Assembly: GCA_051362555.1 (NCBI GenBank)
Contig: CM120649.1
Coordinates: forward strand, 372,001-436,000
Length of the DNA stretch: 64,000 bases
Origin: Lingula anatina
Taxonomy: Eukaryota; Animalia; Brachiopoda
Reading direction: 5' to 3'
Shown: in pieces, positions 13,741 to 23,900 of the stretch
Numbering within the stretch: position 1 is the stretch's first letter
How the letters are laid out: each line of letters opens with the position of its first letter
Program-made: the position numbers and the translations under genes
Notes under the pieces: model-generated
Seen by the model: the letters and a program-made list of their open reading frames with translations, nothing else
The model's database searches: none
Told to the model about the DNA's origin: nothing

Positions 13741-15176
13741 TCATATGTTTGTAGTCACTGTTGACGCTTCCTTGCTTTTTCGTAAACTTAGTTTCTTTTT
13801 ATAGCTGGAAGGAATGCTCCGCCCTGCCCAAGCTGCGGCATGAGCATTCAGAAAACTGAGAGAGTACAATTTGCTAAGTTTGTGTTTTTTACTGTAACGG
13901 CAGAGGAGAAGGTCCACAAAGGTGTCCTTGAATGTCTTGTTAAACACGGTGTAGATCAGAGGGTTCAGTATGCTTGAGGCATACCCTAGCCACACAAACA
14001 CGGTGATCAGGTTCTCGCTAAAGTGACATGCTTTGCATAACGGGGTCATGAAGTTTGTGATAAAGAAGGGTGCCCAGCACACTACAAATACCACAAACAC
14101 GATTCCTAGCACCTTTGACGCCTTCTGCTCTGTCCGTACAGTTTTCACTTTTTCTCGTCTATGGTTTATCATAATATTGGCTGCTCGCAAAGCCATACTG
14201 GGTTTGTGCCACAAGTCTCGAGCTCTTCGTGAACTGGTACCATTACGAAATGGACTTTGTCCCGAATCCACAGAATTACTTGAACCTCGATTCGAGGCAT
14301 CTTCCTCTGTAGTAATGGCGTCGAAATTACTCGGTTCGTGGCTGACGGTATGTGCTCTTGCTCGATGAGGGAGGACTCCATTTATGTTGTCACTGTGCGA
14401 TAGGTTGTTGACATCCTGGCTACTTGACCCCTTTTCAAACATTCCCATGCTTCGTGGGCGTTGGTTAAAGGGGCTGGGTGGCGGTGGTGTTGGAGGTGAA
14501 GAATCCTTGGACTCTGTTCCAGAGGAACTATAGTGCAGTTGTGCTGTCAACTGATGAGTATGGTTGTCTATTTGATGAAGAAAAGGGTGTTGATGGTGAT
14601 CGTTCAGTGTTATGTTTGAACTACCTTGATTATTATTGTAATTGCCCAAGTTCCCATTTCGATAACCTGTTGCTTCTTTTTCATTGGTACATATTGGACG
14701 GCAAACATCAATCGGGGGTTTTCTGAATCGTCGTTTGGGTTTTGCTCCTGAGCGTCGTATAAGAACCTGGCCCTCCTTGCTCTTTCTTTTATACATTTGC
14801 ACTTGTTTCTGTAATAATTTCACTGTGAGGATGTAAGTAACAACCATAATGACCAGCGGAATGAAAAATGCAGCTATCGATCCATACAACATGAATGGCT
14901 TATTTTGTATCGAGCAAAATTTATCCTGGAGAATATGTTCGTGATGCGCAATTCCCAGCACTGTGATTGGACAACATACGACAAAGGAAATGAACCATAC
15001 AATGATTATCTTAACACAGACGTAACTGCGCGATTTGCTGCGGTACCGTAGCGGGTGGCGAATTCCTAAGTAGCGGTCCAGAGAGATGGTGCACATGTGA
15101 ATTATTGAAGATGAACACATCAGCACGTCACATGTTACGTAGATATCACAAAGAACGATGCCTAATGTCCACGACC
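13741..15176 (-). CDS. HTR2: 5-HT2-family serotonin receptor, coding exon 2 (TM3-TM7, long ICL3, C-tail)
   Basis: Acceptor ctttctctctccAG|GG at 15177/15176 joins in frame to give G-SWTLGIVLCDIYVTCDVLMCSSSIIHMCTISLDRY (D3.32, DRY). TM5 FMLYGSIAAFFIPLVIMVVTY, TM6 EQKASKVLGIVF...CWAPFFITN and TM7 VWLGYASSILNPLIYTVFNKTF are characteristic of 5-HT2 receptors. Stop TGA at 13741-13743. Spliced product is 606 aa (from 16143) or 628 aa (from 16209). Confidence 0.95.
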
Positions 15177-15758
15177 CTGGAGAGAGAAAGAAATAATGTC
15201 AGTAGTGTTGATGAAAAAATAGTTGTGTTTTGTTGTTTTATCATATCACACAGTTACTGGTATGCAGTATTTGCAATTTTTTTTTCTTAAACTGATTTAT
15301 TATCAGAAAAAATAAAACAGGAAATTTACCAAATTTTACCAAAAGAATGCTGGATGTGGGTTATGCAGATGAAGGCCAAAATGTGTGTTACATTTTAATA
15401 TGATGTTTTACAAAGCCTTGATATATATTTCAAAGCTTAATTACAGTAATTTACAGATCAATGCAGGCAAATGAAAGATGACTTAATTCTGGGCATTACA
15501 TGGAAACAGTTCTTTTTGTCTTTCTTTGTGCATTACATTTTTTCCATATTTCAAAGTCAAGTATTTAAAATTCCTTTTTTGATAGAAAAAATTTATACTC
15601 TGCCTAAATAGAATCTGCTTCACAGAATTATCATCTTTTTATTTTCTGCTTGTGGTTGGACAGCTTGCCAGCTCATTGAGCATGTTAATGAGTGTGAACT
15701 ATATAGCATGGAATAATAACCCACATGTAAAAATGCTGACAGAGAGACCTGTACATAC
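15177..15758 (-). other. 582-nt GT-AG phase-1 intron of the 5-HT2 gene (after TM2)
   Basis: GTATGT donor at 15758 and polypyrimidine tract plus CAG acceptor at 15177. Removing it restores a continuous GPCR reading frame. Confidence 0.92.
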
Positions 15759-16209
15759 CTAGAAACAGTTGCATCATGGCCAGTGGCATCACTATCACAG
15801 ATACCAACAAGTCTGCAACAGCTAATGACAACAGAAAATAATTGGTCACATTATGTAGTTTTTGTTCAACAGAGACCGCCACTATCACCAGAATATTTCC
15901 CAGCATTCCTGCTATCACCAGAATGCCCAAGAACAGCACCATCCAGTTATAATGTACGTCTTGGTTCAATATCTCTGATTGATTGGTGATATTTGATGGA
16001 CTTTCCATGTACTGAGTTGTAAGGGAGCAATCACGCCCCTCGCAAAGGTTTCCCCCATTGTGTATGGGCAAAGTTAGCACCTTTGCGGACTCTTTTGTAT
16101 GAAGAGTCGTGTTGATTTGCCGCCATATAGTTGAGGCATCCATCTTGTCAAGATGAGCTAAATCCAAGGTTATCCACCTGTTTTTGTATTTTGAATCTGT
16201 TCGTAGCAT
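15759..16209 (-). CDS. HTR2: 5-HT2-family serotonin receptor, coding exon 1 (N-terminus, TM1, TM2)
   Basis: Encodes NWMVLFLGILVIAGMLGNILVIVAVSVEQKLHNVTNYFLLSLAVADLLVSVIVMP (TM1 GN, TM2 LAVADL) and N-glycosylation sequons (NTT, NIT, NQS). Donor CTAG|GTATGT after 15759 (phase 1). Start is either the first ATG at 16209 or the better-Kozak ATG at 16143 (aagATGG, MDAS...). Confidence 0.93.
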
Positions 16210-17900
16210 TAGATATGTTAATTTCACGATGTGTTTATATTTCTAACTACTTGAATGCTGTCAAGCTTTTTCTCACAAATCTCATCATCACCTGCTATAT
16301 CTTCTGAAGAATTAAATGGTATAGCCACTTCTAAAATATTGGCACAATAGAACTACAAAATTATCCACCATCATTAGGCCCAAGGGTGTTATTTCATCAT
16401 ATAAATCCACATTTGGTTTTCTTGAGAATTTGTCAATCCTCCCCTTCACCACGTGATTGTAATTGTTGTGGAAGGTCTTCAATAATGATAGCCTTCAATA
16501 AATCCACTTGGCTACTCACAGAAAAATAACACAATAGTGCATCCAATATTCCTTGTATGAATTTTTGTAATAGTTGTCATATACTTGTCTTCACAATTAA
16601 GATGAAGTTGTTTTTTTCAACAGATTACCTTAAGTAGGAGTAAAATCTGTAGCATTAACAACAATATCAACTGATTTTTTTCTATTAACGTTGTTGGTTT
16701 TGGAAAAGGACAAGTTAGGACTGGGGTTTCATCAGGTGAAAGGAAATGTCAAAACAACAGGTATGATTCGTACAACAGCTCCAGCTTGGTTGTTGGTTGT
16801 GCTAGGAACACGTTTTCCAGGAACCTCACAGATTTCTAGGCAATTGTTAGAAGACTTGGAGGATTTTCCTTGAACTTTGTTGAAACAAATGTTGTTTTTG
16901 TTGCATTTCCAAGGATTCCCTGTCATGAAAAAATCAGTTCTAAGCTGTGGTTTGATCAGTTGTTCTTGTTTATTAGTAATCTATATGTTTGGTAGAATAA
17001 GAACTGTGTTTCACACTTGTAAGGGTTGTTTTCGTCAGCTGATTCACTGATATCCATCCATTAGGACAGAAATCTGATTTCAATGAGGAATGAAGATGTG
17101 CAGTAAGGAGTCCTCTTTCCTCAGTATCTGATCCCTTTTAAACCAGGCACAATGTTGTAATCCACTGTGTGGCACTAACAGTATATTAGAATTTTTTCCA
17201 CCTTTTTCTGTCAAGTCCTTGTTTCCTTTAAGTGACACAATTAGTCACAGGTGATTCATTGATCCAAACTTTTGGTCTTCTGTTTTGATTTTGATCCCAT
17301 TGATAGGCAGATTTTGATTCTCAGAATCGATTCACATATATCACAATGAGAGCAGTGAGACACAATTACATTTCCTTTACTTCATTTTTGACATGTAAAC
17401 ATGACTTCCATGGTTTCCTTTATAATTTTCTCATTATGAGGTACAGAGATTTAGTTTTCAGTGCTCTACTTTTCAGGGGCTTCAAATCCTGTCACCAGTG
17501 TCATAACTTGCTTCTCTGTGTTTTTTCTATAACAGGAGCTGGAGCAGCTGTGTCTTCTTTCAGGAGTGACTTCATGAACTTCCTGTGGTTGATTTCACGT
17601 TTTTAACTCCTCCTGGAAACGTGTGTGGTTATTCACATTTTTTGTCTCAACAAAAGTATGCTCTCTGAAAGCAAAAAATCAAAGTTATTAATGAATAAAT
17701 TTGTTTATCTAGACTATTTATTTTGTGCAAACAAAGGCTATTAACACAAGTTATCCTAAAATATGCTATTACAAAAAAGTAATATGAATACAAATATATG
17801 TGGTGGTTCAGCATAAGAAAAAATCCTTTGCATTTCATAGAAAATGTTTCTGAATTAGATTTTTTTATGAAAATGGATATGATAATAAACAAATATTCTC

Positions 17901-17902
17901 AA

Positions 17903-17945
<43 letters not shown>

Positions 17946-17947
17946 AT
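17901..17947. repeat. (AATA)n microsatellite
   Basis: Direct reading. Confidence 0.95.
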
Positions 17948-19062
17948 GAAAAGTCAGAGATGACATATTCACATAGCATTCCCCACTAGTATCAAATCAT
18001 CCAGAATACTGTACACTTCACACTTTCAATTGTGTTAATGAACTTTTAACAGACCTGCGTCACTGCAGATCTCTCACATACATGCTTAATGGCCGTATCA
18101 ATCATTACAATTTTATCAATATGATCTTTCTCTTAGGAATTGAGTCTGATGTGCGAGATATTTTGCTGCATTGCTTTAATTGCTACAGAGGGCCCCGTAC
18201 CTTCAAATTATACGTAAATACAGCGTAGACTTATATTGATGGAATAATTAACTTAGTTTTATTCAAACAACCCATTGCCATTGCATTGCATCTCATAGAT
18301 GGTGGGTTTGATTTTGGACTAATATAATTATGCTATTTGCTGGACACAGTTGTGTTGTTAAAGGTATCATTTAGTTGACCATTTCAGTCCCCCCATCAGG
18401 TTTGTAGTGACTGTTTGTGAATTGTAATGTGCAGAATACAATTACCAGTAAGTGGTTCTGTTAGTTTGTTCCTCCCTAGAGACTTTCAGGACTAAAATTC
18501 TCATACCACAAATCCCAATTGTGCAGACATTTTGCTGCCTACTCATACACACATACAAATAAAAGCGCTCCTTTAAAAAATTACTTTCCTTCCACATTGA
18601 AATATATGCACAGATGCACACACATCTACAGGTATTTGTGCTTGCTTGTATTTACTACATAGAGATGCATGTACACACCAACTATACATTCATTTATCAT
18701 GAAGAGAATATCTCATGCTGTAGATCTTACATGTGAGAAGCTAAGATTTGATATTGCCAGTTGTAGTCATACAATCCATTAACAATCTGATCACCTGTGG
18801 TGATTGACATCTTTATTCCAGACCCCCATGCTTCTGTTTATTCTGTACACCTAATGATACCACATCTTAGCTGTATCTGGAGGAATAAAGAAAGTATCAA
18901 GAACTATATTAGATCACCACATGTTGATTATTTTCTGTGTGGACTCTTGCTACTGCAGAATGGTAGTTGTTGCCAAAGATGTCCACTGCTACCATAGCAA
19001 GGTGCCTTTAATAAATATGCAGAAAAAATGCATTAAAGCATGTGAGCACCCCGTGCGCGCAT

Positions 19063-19063
<1 letters not shown>

Positions 19064-19104
<41 letters not shown>
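19064..19104. repeat. (CA)n microsatellite
   Basis: Direct reading. Confidence 0.95.
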
Positions 19105-19107
<3 letters not shown>

Positions 19108-19556
19108 AAAGTTCATACAACTGTTATTCTTGCATAGTCATATATTACCTGTAATAAATCTATAGTATTTTAAGCCTAGTTAATTGCAAATCATGTGCCT
19201 GCACTTTTGATGAAAATTGATCCATGGCCAAGAAAACTTACTTGCAGTAATTACTCTAAAGTGACGATTAGCTCCAGAATAAGACTAGGCAGAAAATGGA
19301 TTAGAAGTCGTCATTCTCTCACAGAAAGAAAGACAAAAAGATTTATTGCAACTTGAAATGTTTCACTTGGAGAAAAGCTGATATGGTAAAAGGGAAATTG
19401 AATTTTTTTCCTTTCCAGGGGCAAAATAATTAATGCTGGTTGAAAACATGTAGCAAAAATTTGTTGTGATAGTGGTTTTTGTAGACGGTAATATGATCGG
19501 ACAAAAGTTGCTGTAATTAATCTTTTACTGATTGTTATTGTAAATAGGATGAAGGT

Positions 19557-19557
<1 letters not shown>

Positions 19558-19605
<48 letters not shown>
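19558..19605. repeat. (TAA)n microsatellite
   Basis: Direct reading. Confidence 0.95.
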
Positions 19606-19608
<3 letters not shown>

Positions 19609-20773
19609 TAAAATACTAATTGGCAATGTTAACAGAATTTGACAATCCTATGAACTTAATTAATAATCATGAATTTTTCACAGAATATTAACTTGTTCTG
19701 TAAGGTATCTAGATGTGTGTATAAGGTGCAGTAATCAAGTTTTTTTTACTATGTCATCTGGATCCCACATGTGTATCTCTATAATGTGTATGAATGCTTA
19801 TACTGTGATATGAATTAATGTCAAGAAGAAAGCACTGTTAAGGGGCAGGTGCTCTTTTCTGTTCAAAGTCTGTCAGTTCTTAAGTAATATTGAAAGAAAT
19901 GTCATTATTATCAGTTGTGTATTGCTGCTTGTATTTTTAGATTTTTGATTCAATGGAATTATTGTCAAGAGAAACATATGGCAAATATGATTGCAGATTA
20001 CTTGTGCGTCACTCGTCTCCTAGGTCTAAAGTGATTGTACGCCGCGATTGTTTTAATTTGTCTTCAGCCTCAAATGATTGCCTAATCTGCTTATTGCGTC
20101 AGAAAATGGCAGCGCTTCCTTTTACAGGAATTGTTACTTTGTTTCGCTTTTGGCCAGTAAATGCTGCAGAAATGTGAATGCACTGCACTTTAAGCAGCCT
20201 GTTCTTTGTTACTGGTTTCTGTCGTCAAATGCCACAGAAATATGACGCAGAGGGTGCCTTTAGAATGTTCGTAAACCATTTGTGCCAGTCCATTACGTGG
20301 CATGCCTTCTGAATACATGTCACCAACATGATTGTTCACTCTTTTTGAAAGCTTTCATCATGACTTATATGTTATTATTTGATGACTGTGTAACATAATA
20401 TCTTGTTATTAAAAAATTATATTTAGATATTTATGAAAAAAACATTCTAATTATTTTTTTATTGGAATTATTGATTTTCCAGGCACTGTGCAATAAGTAT
20501 GGTTAATGAATTACCTGAAATCTAAATTGTACTTTTAAACATTATGTTCAACATGAGGAAATAAAAAGAATATACAGAAATAATTCTTATAATCGCCCAA
20601 CTCCTTGGAGACTCTCGCTGAGTGCAGTCAGTTTAACTGATGGACACGCCTCCTCCTGGCATTAAGAAGAACACGGAAAAGCTGGTGAGTAGACAAGTAA
20701 GTTGGAAACAAGAGGATGTATGTTCTTCAGTTCATCTAATTGCACTTAGCAAGAGTCCTTGCAGACTTGGGTT

Positions 20774-20999
20774 GATGCACATGGACCTATGGTGTCTATG
20801 GGATGCACATGGACCTATGGTGTCTATGGGATGCACATGGACCTATGGTGTCTATGGGATGCATGTGGACCTATGGTGTCTATGGGATGCACTTGGACCT
20901 ATGGTGTCTGTGGGATGCATGTGGACCTATGGTGTCTATGGGATGCACTTGGACCTATGGTGTGTATGGGATGCACGTGGACCTATGGTGTCTGTGGGA
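20774..20999. repeat. 28-bp minisatellite x8
   Basis: Unit gatgcacatggacctatggtgtctatgg. The period of 28 is shown by atggacc at 20781, 20809 and 20837. It explains three overlapping repetitive ORFs. Confidence 0.95.
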
Positions 21000-23900
21000 A
21001 TGGAGTGTTACTCTATAGAAGCATTCATTGAAGTATTTAGCTATAATTTGTTTCAGCTTTGGCAATCACACTACTTGACATCCTAAGCCAAGTACTTGTC
21101 AGCCCACTAACCCATTTGAAACAGCAGAGATTTAGGGATCTTTCCCAGACCAACTGTGGATTGATCTATCTTCAAGGGGATTCTTGCTAAATTGCAATAA
21201 ACTTAAGTGGCTTAATGTCTGTAAGTGTAAACCTTGTAAACTGACTAGATGAAACATAGTCTGCTGAAACACTGGAGTTAGCAGCTTGGTGACTTAGTTT
21301 CATTTTGAAATGTTCCTTATCTGAACACAGCTTCAGTTGGAGCCATTGACATTTTATAGCAACAAAGACAATATCCTCTTGCATGCAGTAACCAATGTAA
21401 CTATTTCTTATTGAAAGCTGGGGTATCTTGTATTTCTGTTCTCCTCAGCCTGATGTACTCTACAATATTTGTTTTTCTCTGTTAAAGGGTTTCGTTCAAC
21501 TTTACTCCTACCTGATCATCTGAAGTAAATGAAGATATATTTCTAGAGATCTGGATTCTGGATCTTTTGTTGCTTGGTTTTAAGAGACACGATGAGGAGT
21601 ATTCAGAAGCTTATTCTGCCACCAGTGCTTCACTTGATATTGTATAGAACTACCTGTGAATACTTCCACTTGATCTATTAGATAGTTTTTCAAGACATTA
21701 TCCCTAGAGAAGAGATTGATATCTTTGCAAGGTAAATGTGATTTTTTAACTACAATACACATTTGTTCCTTGGGGAAGATTACCCTGGTCTCTAGTATAA
21801 AAATGGTGTAAAAATATTAATTATCTTCAGAGAAGCTTTCTGCATTTTAATTTTCATTTTTTCCATGCAGTGTTCTTATGTACACTAATCACAGCTAGAA
21901 TAGGATGTACACCTTTTTTGTCATCAATAATAAGTCTCTACCTTCTACTTCATCAAGGGGTCTGCTGTCAACTACTCATGTGTCTATTTTTTGACTGGGA
22001 TTTCATTAGATCTATAGGAATGGAGTATTGTTCGCACATTTCCTCTTAATTCAATTATAGGAAATTAAAGACCATTATTGAATGTGTTTCTACCACAAAA
22101 TTGGGTACTTTAAGGTCTAAAATTTAGATAATAGTGTCTCTAATAAATCTGGCAACATAACCTGTCGTTCCCTGCTCACATACATGCATCAGTAAATAAT
22201 ACTGTGCACGAGGGACAAATTGATCAATTTTTGCTCAAATTTAGTAATAAACAATTACCACATGCGCTTCTGGAGGCAGAGTGATTTAATGATGTAAGGG
22301 AATATTTGTGAGACATAAGGCAGAATAACCTTCTACCTACAAACTTGATAGAATGTATTAGTCATTAAGTAACAAAACTGATTAAAAAAGATTTTTTTTA
22401 AATTGAATTGACAGCTTGGGAATCATTTGAGATTTATTTTATGGCTATTCAATTTAACTTGTGGAGAGTAACCATTTGTATATTGTGAAGTGGTTTATGT
22501 GGCTCTGTAAATGGTTGAGTTGTCGAGAACTTCAGTTGAGTACTCCAGATGAGTATCAGCATTACAAAGTACACTTGCTTTAAGAGATGCAGCAGTTTTG
22601 TGTAAATGTCAAGAATGATGCAAGCCATCAAGTCTAAATAAAAGAAACTGAGTTAGTTGATTGAAGACATTTGTTCTGCAAGTTTAGGTAAATTGTATCG
22701 ATTCTACGTAAGAAAAAAACAGGCATGGAGACTGATTGAAGTTGTGAAAATATTGATCTTTCATGACTTGGCTTAAAGGTATTGGATTTCAAGGTGATTT
22801 TGGTTTCTTTCCTTTCATCTTTAACATTTTTTTTCACCAGATAAAATGTCAGCAAGATTTTAAAGAATCTTAGCAGAGACCCTTATCAATAGTAAAAAAA
22901 TGTGGTTGTGCAGGAAAGATACAAGAAAGAAAACTTTTATTTATTCAACATCTGGCCTATTCTTGTAAGTTTTGATTTCACCTTTCATTTGTTTTTTATC
23001 TGTCTATTTGTAATAATCAATGACACCAACAGAAATAAATCATTACACAATGTGTATTCAATTTCACACACACACACACACACACACACACCCATGCAAG
23101 TGCGTGTACAATTTTGGACCCATATATATCATTCCTGAAACAGCGGACTGTTCTGAAACACCTACTTGTTACTTTTAGTCCAGCGAGTTCATGTGCGATA
23201 ACTCGCACCTTAAACTAGAGAGAACCAAGAGAGTCTACTGGATCTCCACCAAGATAAAATATATTTATATGAGACCAGGACTAGGATGAAATTGTAATCA
23301 CTTCATGTCCTCCAGAATTAATATTTTTTTCCTGAAAAAATTCATCAAAATATGTGATGAACTTTTTAATATATCCTGTTCACTAACACATAGAACAAAC
23401 CAAGGCCAGTGGAAACAGCCCCCTTCCTAGGCAGAGGTTACAAATACTAGGGATAGGAAATTACTGAAGATTGTTTCTGGACAGGAAACACAACTGTCAT
23501 ACCATAGATTACTTTCCTAATATATTACTATGTGGTGTGATTAAGTTTTTTTCAATGAGGGATACGTCTTGAAAAGGGGGGGGGGGGGGGGGGGGCCTGA
23601 ACATCATACCTCCTAGAGTCAGGAAGTTATTGGCAATTGCCCCTGGACTGATACATGACAACATATTAGATTGTTGCACCTGAAAATACATAAGATCTTT
23701 AGTTAACTATTAAGAATTTCTTGATCTGTTCTGTTTAATTGCTAATTGAGTAGTATGTTGTCCAAAACAAGTTTCAGATTTTCCATTTTCTTATGGATAA
23801 TGGCAAATATGAATTGGTCTTAAACTTTAGTCGGTACTGCACGTCAGAAATGGGGCATTTAGTCACCTGTTTTTAGAGGATGAGATAATTGTGCAGTTAT

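Noticed and set aside
14033-14726. ORFs overlapping the receptor exon on the plus strand or in an alternative frame
   Set aside because: Shadow ORFs of the GPCR exon with no recognisable homology.
15045-15075. 5-HT2C-like A-to-I editing site in ICL2
   Set aside because: The sequence is IRHPL rather than IRNPI, and there is no adjacent downstream intron to supply the editing-complementary strand.
15685-15758. ORF-track continuation MYRSLCQHF... after TM2
   Set aside because: Read-through into the intron past the GTATGT donor.
20640-21086. Three overlapping repetitive ORFs, superficially like a CRISPR array or repeat protein
   Set aside because: They arise from a stop-free 28-bp head-to-tail minisatellite. 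There are no unique spacers, no cas genes, and the context is eukaryotic.
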